Under the pieces are notes generated by a model that had not been told where the DNA came from, searched no databases, and was given only the letters and a program-made list of their open reading frames with translations. The position numbers were made by a program, and so were the translations under genes. Below, in pieces: positions 1-10,744 of a stretch of DNA of 64,000 bases. Position 1 is the stretch's first letter. Each line of letters opens with the position of its first letter. The stretch comes from Dictyostelium discoideum. Its lineage: Eukaryota. The DNA is taken from NCBI GenBank assembly GCA_000004695.1, contig CM000153.2, forward strand, positions 896,001 through 960,000. Reading direction: 5' to 3'.

Positions 1-284
1 AGGTTATTTGAACACAAATTACTAGTTGAGAGTGGTATATATTGATTTGGTTTTGGTGAATTCATTTTTATAAAAAAGAAACAAAATATTAATAATAATA
101 ATAATAAAAAAATTTGTTTTGATAAAAAAAAAAAAAAATGGAAAAAAGAAATTTGTTTTTATAAAAAAAAAAAACTAAACTAAAGAAGGGAAACTTTAGA
201 TAAAACCCATTTTTTTTTTTAATACTATCTCCATAATTTTTTTTTTTATTACTTTTTTATTTTTAAAATTTAATAAAAATATTG

Positions 285-445
285 ATTTGGTCCCCACATT
301 TTTTTTTTTTAAAACAATTAAAATAAACTTTTCCAAAACAAAAAAATGGGATTAAATATTTTCCAAAAAAAAAAATATAATTTTGATGGTAAACAATTGT
401 TAATATAATAAAAAAAAAAAAAAATGTGGAGACCAAATCAATATT
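285..445. mobile_element. MITE-like element of about 160 bp bounded by 22-bp terminal inverted repeats (AATATTGATTTGGTCCCCACAT ... ATGTGGAGACCAAATCAATATT)
   Basis: Seen directly. 283-304 and 423-445 are reverse complements with one mismatch, flanking an AT-rich non-coding core. There is no ORF. Confidence 0.45.
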
Positions 446-1095
446 TTTTTATTGGTCAAATCAAATTCCTCTTTTTTTTTACATTCCAACAATACATTTT
501 AAAAACAAAAAAAAAAAATCTAAAAATATCTCTCAACTTTTGATTTTTGAAATTTTTTTTATATTTTTTTTATTTTTTAATTTTTTTTTTTGTTTTTTTT
601 TTCTTTTACCTTTTCTTCACCAAAATAACCAATCCATTATATTAAAAAAACAATGTTTAACTTTTCATTTCAACAAATTTCAACACCAAATACTTTTCAA
701 GTAGAAATCGTTCCATCAAAGGGTGGCTCAGCTCAAAATTGTGGTGGAAAAGGTGGTCTTTTGGGTGAGTCATTTACAAAAAAAAAAAAAAAAAAATAAT
801 AATAATAATAATAATATAATCTGACCCTTTTTTTTATTTTTATATTAATTTTCATTAGCATCAAGAGGCTCATTTAGACTTTAAAGTAATCTAAAAAGAT
901 TATTAAAAAAATAAATAAACTATTTTTTCAATATTTTTGGTTTTTTTTTTTTTTTTTTTTTTGTTTTTAACTCTAAAAATAATTTGTGGGATTGATTGTC
1001 CAAAGAATTCTTAAAAAATTTCCAAATTGTATTTTCAAACTTTTTTTTATATTTTTATTCTCAATTTTTTTTTTTTTTTTTTTTCAAAAACTTTT

Positions 1096-1545
1096 AATTG
1101 ACTTAAAATTTGATTAATAAATTTAATTTAAATATACTTCAATGGGCATATCAGGACATCGAGTTTAAAAACTATTCAGACTCCAGAATACAAATTAATT
1201 TTAGCGGCAACGTTCATATCAATCTGCACTTCATATAATTAGAGGAATGATTGAAAAATCAAACATCTAAAGGTTTAAAAAAATGTTGAGAAGTAACAGC
1301 ATTAAAGAAACATTTAGACTATAGTTGAGAGTCTTTAAACCCAACCAGTTAGTAGGGACTAAAAATCCACTAAACCATAAACTCGATCCGATACTTGAAA
1401 TACCTTTTTTTTTTTTAATGATAATGGTAATGGGGTAAAATAATAATTACAACAAAAACAATATTGTATCGGACCCACTTGCAATAAAAGAAGTTTCTGA
1501 AGAAAAAAAAAAAATAAAAATTATAATAAAAATAAACAATATAAA
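1096..1545. repeat. Interspersed repeat copy (family A), about 450 bp, non-coding; second copy at 61440-61900
   Basis: About 85% identical over about 450 nt to 61440-61900 in the same orientation (for example GGGCATATCAGGACATCGAGTTTAAAA, CTGAGAAGTAACAGCATTAAA, CCAACCAGTTAGTAG). Minus-strand reading frames differ between copies (frameshifts), so it is unlikely to be coding. Shorter fragments are at 8630-8700 and 5385-5410. Confidence 0.6.
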
Positions 1546-1817
1546 AGAATAGAAAATTTGTGATAAAATTAAAAAATAATTTAATTAATAATAATAATAT
1601 TTACATCAAATTATTATTACTATATTAATATATATTTATAAATGTATTTATTAATATTTATTTTAATTATTTAATAAAAAAAACAAAAAATGATTAAAGA
1701 ATTTGGATAATGGAAAATGAAGGAAATTTTGAATATTTATTTAATTTTTTTTTTTAATGTACCAAACTTTAAAACCTAAAAAAATAAGATTAATGTGGTA
1801 TTATGTCCCAAGAGAAT

Positions 1818-2626
1818 TTAACAATTTGGACCTCTTGCAGAAAGCATTGTTGCGTAATCAATTCTTCTTTTTTTGAACCACTATAAAAAAAGAATTAAAA
1901 ATAAATAAAAAATTATTAATACTTTTTATAGTTGATATTAAAAAAAAAAAAAACAAAGTTATAACTTACTTCTTGTAATTCATTTACGGAAACACATCCA
2001 TCTTTATCCAAGTCAATAATTTTAAGGTATTGATCACGATCAGAGTATGGAGTATAGCCACGTCCTTTAAAGTATTCAAGAAATTCTGTTTGGCTTAATT
2101 TTTTATCCTTATCTTTAATTTTTTTAAAAAAAATAAAAAAAAAAAAAAAAAGTAAATTTTAGCATATATTTCAAATCACATTAATCTTACTTTAAATAAA
2201 GTATAATATTATTATAAAAGATCTATTTTACCTTTATCAAATCTTAATAACATAGCTTCTACATCAGCCAATGCAGCAATCTCAGCATTTTGTTCAATTT
2301 GTTTTTTTGCCTTGTCTACACAATACTTAGCAATTTCACAATAAGTGAATTTACCATCATGGTCCATATCAATTGTTGAACACAAAACACCAGTTGCCTG
2401 TGATGCCTTATAAACATCACCATTCATTTCTATTTTAATATTTAATAATAAAAACTGTAAGTATAATTATTTTAATGCTTATATTCTTTTGTTGTGGTTT
2501 TTTCAATATTTTACTTTTTAAAAATGATAGATATATATCATATGAAGTTACACTGCCATCCTTATTTAAGTCATAATTTTGGACAAAATTTTGAACTTCT
2601 TCAAAAATTTTACGATTATTGTTCAT
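1818..2626 (-). CDS. EF-hand calcium-binding protein (Dictyostelium CBP-family-like), tandem copy 1; 4 exons: 2515..2626, 2232..2429, 1970..2112, 1818..1880 (171 aa)
   Basis: ATG at 2624-2626 (minus strand). Exon 1 ends SFLK+a at a GTAAAA donor; the acceptor AAAATAG lies immediately before AAATGAATGG. Exon 2 carries the EF-hand loop [16 protein letters not shown] and ends GATAAAG|GTAAAA. Exon 3 encodes [48 protein letters not shown] with donor CAAGAA|GTAAGT. Exon 4 encodes [20 protein letters not shown]. The exon lengths and phases (112/198/143/63 nt) are reproduced in all four paralogs. Exon 4 has in-frame 15-nt length variation between copies, which supports it being coding. Confidence 0.7.
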
Positions 2627-2896
2627 TGTAATATAAAAATATGTAAATTTTTACTTCTTTGTACAAAAATAAAAGAGAATTTGAATAATGAAATTTTAAT
2701 TTCAAAAAATTATTCTTTTTATTTTTTGTATTGATTTTATTAAAAAAAAAAAAAAAAATAATTATAATAATAATTTTTTTTTTTTTTTTTTAATTTTAAT
2801 TAAACCAATTGGGTGTTTTCAAATATAATCAGGTGTTGATTTAATAAAAAGTAGGGGTGTGGGAATCAACACAGACTTACAAAAAAATTTAAATTT

Positions 2897-2960
2897 AGTG
2901 ATTTAACACAGACTTACAAAAAAAACTTTTTTTTTTGTAGGTCTGTGTTAAATCACTAGA
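2897..2960. promoter_or_regulatory. Near-perfect 28-bp inverted repeat (GTGATTTAACACAGACTTACAAAAAAAA / TTTTTTTTGTAGGTCTGTGTTAAATCAC) plus a direct repeat ACACAGACTTACAAAAAAA x2, about 300 bp upstream of cbp copy 1
   Basis: Seen directly. The half-site GTCTGTGTTAAATCAC(A/T)A(G)AAAATCACATTC is conserved upstream of all four cbp copies (about 4415-4455, 6785-6825, 10060-10090). The flanking block GGTAAATATTCTGACTTAACCATTTATATTATCCA(A/C)CTGTT is also conserved (3020-3070, 4520-4570, 6870-6920). Confidence 0.4.
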
Positions 2961-3084
2961 AAATCACATTCTCCCACACACCACCTTTTTTTTTAAATTT
3001 TTTATTAATAATAAAAATTAATGGTAAATATTATGACTTAACCATTTATATTATCCAACTGTTTATTAATTTTTGAAATGTTAC

Positions 3085-3115
<31 letters not shown>

Positions 3116-3344
3116 ATTAAAAATTAAAATTAAACAATTATTATTAATTGAATTGAAACATTATTGGGGATATTAAGAAAATAGAGGGGTTGCATAAAAA
3201 CCAATAGAGCTTCCTTAAAATAAATATAATTAATAACTTCATTTAAAGAAATTGAATATTTATTTAATTTTTTTTTTTTTTTTATGTACCAAACTTTAAA
3301 ACCTTATAAAATAAGATTAATGTGGTATTATGTCCCAAGAGAAT

Positions 3345-4163
3345 TTAACAATTTGGACCTCTTGCAGAAACCATTCTTGCGTAATCAATTCTTCTTTTTT
3401 TGAACCACTATAAAAAAGAATTAAAAATAAACAAAAAAAAATTAATACTTTTTATAGTTGATATTAAAAAAAAACAAAAACAAAGTTATAACTTACTTCT
3501 TGTAATTCATTTGCAGAAACACATCCGTCTTTATCCAAGTCAATAATTTTAAGAACTTGATCACGATCAGAGTATGGAGTATGGCCATTTCCCTTAAAGT
3601 ATTCAACAAATTCTGTTTTGGTTAATTTTTTATCCTTATCTTTTATTATTTTTTAAAAAAAAAAATAATAAAAAAAAAAAAAAAAGTAAATTTTAGTATA
3701 TATAAATCACATTAATCCTATATTAATAAAGTAAAATATTATTAAAGATCTTTTATACCTTTATCAAATCTTAATAACATAGCTTCAACATCAGCCAATG
3801 CAGCAATCTCAGCATTTTGTTCAACATTTTTTTTTGCCTCGTCTGCACAATACTTAGCAATTTCTTGATATGTGAATTTACCATCATGGTCCATATCAAC
3901 TGTTGAACACAAAACACCAGCTGCCTGTGATGCCTTAAAAATATCACCGTCCATTTCTTTTTTAATATTTAATAATAAAAACTGTTAGTATAATTATATT
4001 AATCCAATATTCTTTTGTTGTGGTTTTTTTTCAATACTTTACTTTTTAAAAATGATCGATATATATCAAATGAAGTTACACTGCCATCCTTATTTAAGTC
4101 ATAGTTTTTGACAAATTTTTGAACTTCTTGAAAAATTTTATCATTATCACTATTAGTACTCAT
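3345..4163 (-). CDS. EF-hand calcium-binding protein, tandem copy 2; exons 4043..4163, 3759..3956, 3497..3639, 3345..3407
   Basis: Same 4-exon architecture as copy 1. Exon 1 encodes [40 protein letters not shown]; exon 2 encodes [35 protein letters not shown]...FDKG. Exon 3 is 143 nt. Exon 4 encodes [20 protein letters not shown]. Confidence 0.65.
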
Positions 4164-4573
4164 TGTAATTTAAAAATATGTAAATATTTACCACAAAGAT
4201 AAAAGAGAATTTGAAAAATAAAATTTTAATTTCAAAAAATTAGTCATTTAATACTTTTTTTTTTTTTATTGACCTGTGATAATAAAATAATTTAATTAAA
4301 AATAATAATAATAATAATAATTTTTTTTATTTTTTTTTAATTTAAATTGGGTGTTTACAAATATAACTGTTGATTTGAGAATGAAGCGAGTTCACACATT
4401 AAATTTTTTTTTTTTTTGAAAGTCTGTGTTAAATCACAAAAAAATCACATTCTCCCCCCCCCCCTTTTTTTTTAATTAATAATTAATAATTATTTATTAA
4501 TAATTAAATAAAAATTAGAGGTAAATATTCTGACTTAACCATTTATATTATCCACCTGTTCATTAATTTTTTT

Positions 4574-4625
<52 letters not shown>

Positions 4626-5029
4626 AAAAATAAAACAATTATTATAAATTTAATTGAAACATTATTGGGAGATTTAGAAAATAGTGGGGTTGTATAGAAC
4701 TTCGTTTAAAAAAAATTAATAATTTAATTTTCATTATAATTTTTTATTTCCAAAATTAGTTTTATTAGAAATTATTTATACTCTTAAGAAATTAGTATAT
4801 TATTTAATTATTCTCTTTTAGCGATAACTGTCAACACATTTTAAATAGTATAAAATAAAAATTAAAAATTTTATTATTTTCAGCTTTTATGATGATTAAA
4901 AAATATATTATATTATATAAAAGAAAAAAAAAAGAAAATAATAAAAATTAAAATTAAATAAAATAAATAAAATTATCAAAGTTAAATAATTAAAATAAAA
5001 TATAATATTACGATATTAATTTGTTATTT

Positions 5030-5350
5030 GAACTAATCCAAACAATGTACCCATTTGATAGAATGGAGCTAAACCTATGTTTTGATTTTATAATGGACCT
5101 AAACCTGTGAAAATTGGTTTATACATCTTGTGATCAAGTGAAAGGAGTGGCAAATCTGATGATGTATTTATAGGCTGGTTTAAATTGATCTGGAATTGTT
5201 GATTCACAATCACCACCAAGTGGAACATCTTCAAATTAATTATAATTATTCTTATCATCGGTATTTTTACTATAATTATTGCTATGAATTTTATTATTAT
5301 TATTATTATTATAAATTCATTTTATTGATTTTATATATTTGAGATGCTTA
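5030..5350. repeat. Interspersed repeat (family B) fragment
   Basis: Shares GTACCCATTTGATAGAATGGAGCTAAACCTA...CTGTGAAA...ATCTTGTGATCAA(A/G)TGAAAG(A/G)A(A/G)TGG..AATCTGATGATGTATT and GCTATGAATTTTAT...TTTGAGATG(C/G)TTATTATT with 8195-8360 and 11225-11400, in permuted order. Confidence 0.5.
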
Positions 5351-5405
5351 TTATTATTATTATTATTATTATTATATCTGCTTGTAATAAAAGAAGTTTT
5401 ACAAG

Positions 5406-5441
<36 letters not shown>

Positions 5442-5730
5442 ATTATTATTATTATTACCATTAACCGATTTAATAAAATTCATCATTCTAGTAAATTTGT
5501 GATAAAATTAAACAATAATTTTATCAATAAAAATAATAATTACATCAAATTACTATTACGATATTAATATTTATTTAAAATTTAATAAAAAAATAAATAA
5601 AAATTAAAAAAAATATAGAATTTGGATTTTGGACAATGGAAATTGAATATTTATTTAATTTTTATTTTTTTGTACCAAATTTAAAAACCTTAAAAAATAA
5701 GATTAATGTGGTATTTTGTCCCAAGAGAAT

Positions 5731-6526
5731 TTAACAAATTGGACCTCTTGCATAAGCCAATCTTTTTTGTTTGAACCACTATAAAAAAAGAATTAAAAAT
5801 AAAAAAAAAACAATTAATACTTTTAAAAGTTGATATTAAAAAAAACAAAAAACAACGTTATAACTTACTTCTTGTAATTCACTTGCGGAAACATATCCAT
5901 CTTTATCCAAATCAATAATTTTAAGAACATAATCAGGGTCAGAGTATGGATTATAGCCCTGTTCTTTAAAGAATTTAACAAATTCTGTTTTGTTTAATTT
6001 TTTATCCTTATCTTAAAAATAAAAAAAAAAAAAAAAAGTTAATTTTAGTATATATATTTAAAATTACGTTAATCTTAATTTTAATAAAGTAAAATATTAT
6101 TATAAAAGATCTTTTTTACCTTTATCAAGTCTTAATAACAATGCTTCGACATCAGCCAATGCAGCAGTCTCAGCATTTTGTTCAATTTGTTTTTTTGCCT
6201 GGTCTGCACAATATTTAGAAATTTCATAATAACTGAATTTACCATCATTGTCCATATCAACTGTTGAACATAAAACACCAGCTGCCTGTGATGCCTTTAA
6301 ACTATCACCATTCATTTCTTTTTTAATATTTTATAATAAAAAAAATGTTAGTATAATTTTATTAATGTCGATATTCTTTTGTTGTGGTTTTTTTCAATAT
6401 TTTACTTTTTAAAAATGATTGATATATTTCAGATGAAGTTACACTGTAATCCTTATTTAAGTCATAATCTTGGATAAAATTTTGAATATCTTGAAAAATT
6501 TTACTATTATCACCACAAGTGCTCAT
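5731..6526 (-). CDS. EF-hand calcium-binding protein, tandem copy 3; exons 6406..6526, 6120..6317, 5869..6011, 5731..5778
   Basis: Exon 1 encodes [40 protein letters not shown], with Gly to Tyr at EF-loop position 6. Exon 2 encodes [35 protein letters not shown]. Exon 4 is shortened in frame to 48 nt ([15 protein letters not shown]). Confidence 0.6.
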
Positions 6527-7774
6527 TGTAATTTTAAAAATATGTAAATTTTTACTACTTTGTACAAAAATAAAAGAGAATTTGAATAATAAAATTTTAA
6601 TTTCAAAATATTAGTCTTTTTATACTTTTTTTATTGATTTGTGATAATAAAATAATTAATTTATTAAAAAAAAATAATAATAATAATTTTTAGAAACAAT
6701 TTGATTATTTGAAAATTGGGTGTTTACAAATATAACCAACTGTTGATAATGAAGCAAGTTCAGTCATTAAATTTTTTTTTTTTGAAAGTCTGTGTTAAAT
6801 CACAAAAAATCACATTCCCCCACCCCATTTTTTTTAATTTTAATAAATAATAAAAATAAAAATTAGTGGTAAATATTCTGACATAGCCATTTATATTATC
6901 CAACTGTTTATTAATTTTTTTGAAATGTAAAAAAAAAAAAAAAAAAAAAAAAAAATTAAAAATAAAATAATTATTAATTGAACCATTATTGGGGAGATTT
7001 AGAAAATAGTGGGGTTGTAAAAAAACCAATAGAACTTTGCCACAATAATTATTTCCAAAATTAATTTTATTAAAATTATTTATACTCTCAAGAAATCAGT
7101 AAATTATTTTAATCATTCGATTTTAGCGATAACTGTTAACATTTTAAATAGTATAAAATAAAAATTAAAATTTTATTATTTTTAGTTTTTATGATGATTA
7201 GACAATATATTAAAAAAAATTATAATTATAAAAAATAAAATAAATAAATAAAAATTAAAACTGAATAAAATAAATAAAATAAATTATAATATTTAAAATG
7301 GTACCTTTGAATTGACCAGACATACAGACGAAAATATCAGCCTAAAAATAGATGGTCTATGAATACCAAAATTAACAAGGTAGCCGAAATTAATGAGATA
7401 AAATTAGCATGATACCTATGTCTGCAAAAAATTAATATTGGTCCTGAAAATTACGATATTAATTTTGGCATGGGACAGACAGATACCTCATCCAATCATT
7501 TATAAAATCAATTGGATTCATTTTTGAATTTATTGAATTGATTTGACATCATCCGTGTAGTCTTCTTTAGACTAACTTGTTTACAATAATCTGGAATAAC
7601 TATTTGAACATAATATGATCCTGCTACTTGATCTTTTAATGTGTATCATTCTCATCTGTGGCAAGATATTCAATTTGGTGATGTAACTGATTTGTACACA
7701 ACCTGATAATAATGTTTTATCACATTGTTATTCTTATAGATCATTAGGAGTGTTTATACTATGAAACCTGGATT

Positions 7775-8037
7775 CACGGGAAAAAATTTTTTTAGAACAT
7801 TCATTATTTTTTGAGATATTTTATGACATGTAATTTCTCACTTTTTAAAAAGAGAAATTATAATTTAATAAAATTTTTAACAAATTAATATTAAATATTA
7901 ATTAATAATATATCACATGTTAATATAAAATTATCATTAAATAATAAAAAAAGAATTAATATGAAAAATGACATTTATAAATTTTTTAAATTTTTAATTA
8001 ATTTTATTTTATTTTGTTAGCTTTTTTTTTCCCCGTG
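7775..8037. mobile_element. 263-bp MITE-like non-autonomous element with terminal inverted repeats CACGGGAAAAAA / TTTTTTTCCCCGTG; the insertion site is empty in the paralogous repeat copy at 11090/11091
   Basis: The filled site reads ..CCTGGATT[CACGGG...CCCGTG]TTGACATCAG. The empty site at 11081-11098 reads ..CCTGGATTGACGTCAG. An internal partial copy lies at 16043-16250 (GAAATTATAATTTAATAAAATTTTTAACAAA...), with a diverged left end TTCACCAGAGAAAAAAAC. Confidence 0.5.
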
Positions 8038-8350
8038 TTGACATCAGTTCTATCAATTGTTTGTGGTCGTCCGGTAAATGTCATACAATGGTTACAACCA
8101 TTATTAACAAAGAGATTATCTACACTGTTGGTTTATGTAATTGATACATCTGATTTACCCCAATACCACTTCAGGTTTTTTCTTAATTAATGCTATGAAT
8201 TTTATAATTATTATTACTATTAATTCTTTTTGTTGATTTTATAAATTTGAGATGGTTATTATTATAATTATAATTAATAAAATGATTTCTAAATAATGTG
8301 ATAAAGTGAAAGAAATGGTGAATCTGATGATGTATTCAAAGATCACTTTG

Positions 8351-8394
<44 letters not shown>

Positions 8395-8525
8395 CAATGC
8401 TAATTTTATCAAATTTATTACAGCCTGCTAATTTTATCATATTATTTTAAGCCTTAAAACAGGTGGTATGTGTGGGCTGAAACTATTAAACCTGCTGTAA
8501 TTAATATAATAAAATTAGAAAGGGA
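8395..8525. repeat. Palindromic (hairpin-forming) element of about 130 bp, copy 1
   Basis: CAATGCTAATTTTATCAAATTTATTACAGCC...GCTGTAATTAATATAATAAAATTAGAAAGGG. The ends are reverse complements of each other. The paralogous copy is at 11412-11545. Confidence 0.45.
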
Positions 8526-8973
8526 TACATCTTCTCCAAAAGAAATAATATATCATATGTCATAAAAAAAAAAAAAAAAAAATTATTTTTTTATTGTTTT
8601 TATAAGAGAAGTGTATGGGAAAAATCAAACTCTGATGGTTAAAAATGCTGAGAAGTAACAGGATTAAAAAAAAGTTTAACGAGAAAAAAAAAAAAAAAAA
8701 AAATATAATAATATATAATAACAATATAAAATAATAGTAAATTTGTGATAAAATTATACAATAATAATAAATAATATTTACATCAAATTATTATTACGAT
8801 ATTAATATTTATTAACAATGTATTTATTAATATTTATTTTAATTTTTTAATAAAAAAAAAACAAAAAATGATTTTAGATTTTGGATAATGGAAATTGAAT
8901 ATTTATTTAATTTTTTTTTTTTTATGTACCAAACCTTAAAAAAAAGATTAATGTGGTATTATGTCCCAAGTTT

Positions 8974-9076
8974 TTTAACAATGTGGACGGCTTGCATAAT
9001 CAATTCTTTTTTTTTTGAACCACTAAAAAAAGGATTAAAAATAGAAAAAAATAAAAAATTAATACTTTTTATAATT

Positions 9077-9116
<40 letters not shown>

Positions 9117-9779
9117 AATGATATAACTTACTTCTTGTAATTCATTTGCGGAAACACATCCATCTTTATCCAAATCAATAATTTTAAGAACATAATCACG
9201 ATCAGAGTATGGGGTATCTGTTCCTCCTTTGAAGTATTCAACAAATTCTGTTTTGTTTAATTTTCTATCCTTATCTTTTATTATTTATTAAAAAAAAAAA
9301 AAAAGTAAATTTCAATATATTTAAAATCACATTAATCTTATTTTAAATAAAGTATAATATTATTATATAAGATCTATTTTTACCTTTATCAAATCTTAAT
9401 AAAAAAGCTTCAACATCAGCCAATGCAGCAATATCAGCATTTTGTTCAATTAGTTTTTTTGCATTGTCAGCACAATATTTAGCAATTTCATGATAACTGA
9501 ATTTACCATCTTTGTTTATATCAATTGTTGAACATAAAACACCAGTTGCTTTTGATGCCTCATAAGAATTGCCATTCATTTCTTTTTTTAAAATTTAATA
9601 ATAAAAACTGTTAGTATAATTTTATTAATGTCAATAATCTTTTGTAGTGGGTTTTTCAATATTTTACTTTTTAGAAGTGAATAATATATTTCTTGTGAAG
9701 TTAATACGCCATCTTGATTTAAGTCATAACCCTTGGCAAATTTTTGAACTTCTTGATAAATTTCATTATTAGTTAACAT
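8974..9779 (-). CDS. EF-hand calcium-binding protein, tandem copy 4; exons 9668..9779, 9384..9581, 9132..9274, 8974..9021
   Basis: Exon 1 encodes [37 protein letters not shown]. Exon 2 encodes [35 protein letters not shown]. Exon 4 is [15 protein letters not shown] (48 nt, in frame). Confidence 0.6.
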
Positions 9780-10744
9780 TGTAATATTAAAATATGTAAA
9801 TTTTTACTACAAAAATAAAAAAGAATTTGAATAATAAATTTTAATTTCAAAAAATTAGTCTTTTTATACTTTTTGTTTTACTTTGATAATAAAATAATTT
9901 AATTATTAAAAAAAAATATATATTTTTTTTAATTTTTATCATTATTATTATTAGAAACAAATGATTTGAAAATTGTAATTTTTAATTATTGGGTATTTAC
10001 AAATATAGCCAACTGTTGATAATGAAGCAAATTCACATTAAATATTTTTTTTTAGATGAGTGTTAAATCACAAAAAATCACATTCACTCCCACCTCCACC
10101 CACTTTTTAATTTTTATAAATTAAAAAAAACAACTTTTTACCCACCCAAAGAAGGGTTAATTTATAATTTTCATTATTATTTTTATTATTAAAAACTCAT
10201 TCCTTGTAAAATAATTTTTTTTTTTTTTTTTTTTAATTTTTTTTTTCCCATATACTATTTTTATCTCACCCAATCAAAAAAAAAACTTTTTTTTTTTAAT
10301 AATAATGATTATAAAATAATAAAAAAAAGATTTGTAAGGTGTTTTATAACCCACAGCATGATAATAAAAAAACACTTCATTTGTTTTATTTTCTAATTTG
10401 ACACAAAAAAATTAAAAAAGTAAAAAAAAAAAAAAATAAAAAAAAAAAAACAAGATTTAAATCACCTTTTTTTATTAATAGAATTGAACCATTATTGTGC
10501 AATTAAACTTCATTTTCATTATTACAATTATTAATTTCAAAATTAGTTTTATCAGAAATTATATTTTTAAATTAGTATATTATATATTAATAATTATTCT
10601 CTTTAAATTTTATTAATTTCAGTTTTTATGATGATTCACTCAACAATATATTAAAATACAATTGTCAAGATAAAATTATAATAAAAAAGAAAATAATAAA
10701 TAAATAAAGTCCTTCTAGAGTATACCACTTCCGTTCTAGAGAGT

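Larger units (their letters stand above)
7290..8560. repeat. Interspersed repeat (family B), long copy carrying two nested insertions
   Basis: Collinear with 10745-11580. It carries an extra segment of about 170 bp at 7318-7487 bounded by a CAGACA(GA) direct repeat, and the 263-bp TIR element at 7775-8037. No conserved ORF is present. Confidence 0.55.

Noticed and set aside
426-704. 92-aa ORF composed of poly-Phe/Lys/Asn low complexity (similar ORFs at 6760-7029, 8888-9085, 11570-11761, 18085-18337, 31566-31763, 32506-32974, 38726-38968, 41122-41325, 55664-56960, 58135-58920)
   Set aside because: These are translations of poly(A)/poly(T) and AT-microsatellite DNA. They have no codon structure and no splice context. 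Several 'M' starts in the track are alternative codons (ATT/GTG), not ATG.
1100-1545. Possible about 90-aa ORF on the minus strand of the family-A repeat
   Set aside because: The second copy (61440-61900) carries frameshifts relative to the first, so the ORF is not conserved.
1790-1905. Conserved block downstream of each cbp copy, initially taken for 3' UTR
   Set aside because: I first rejected it as coding because of indels between copies. On re-analysis the indels are multiples of 3 and an acceptor TTTATAG precedes it, so it is kept as exon 4. The remainder (1790-1817) is rejected as UTR.
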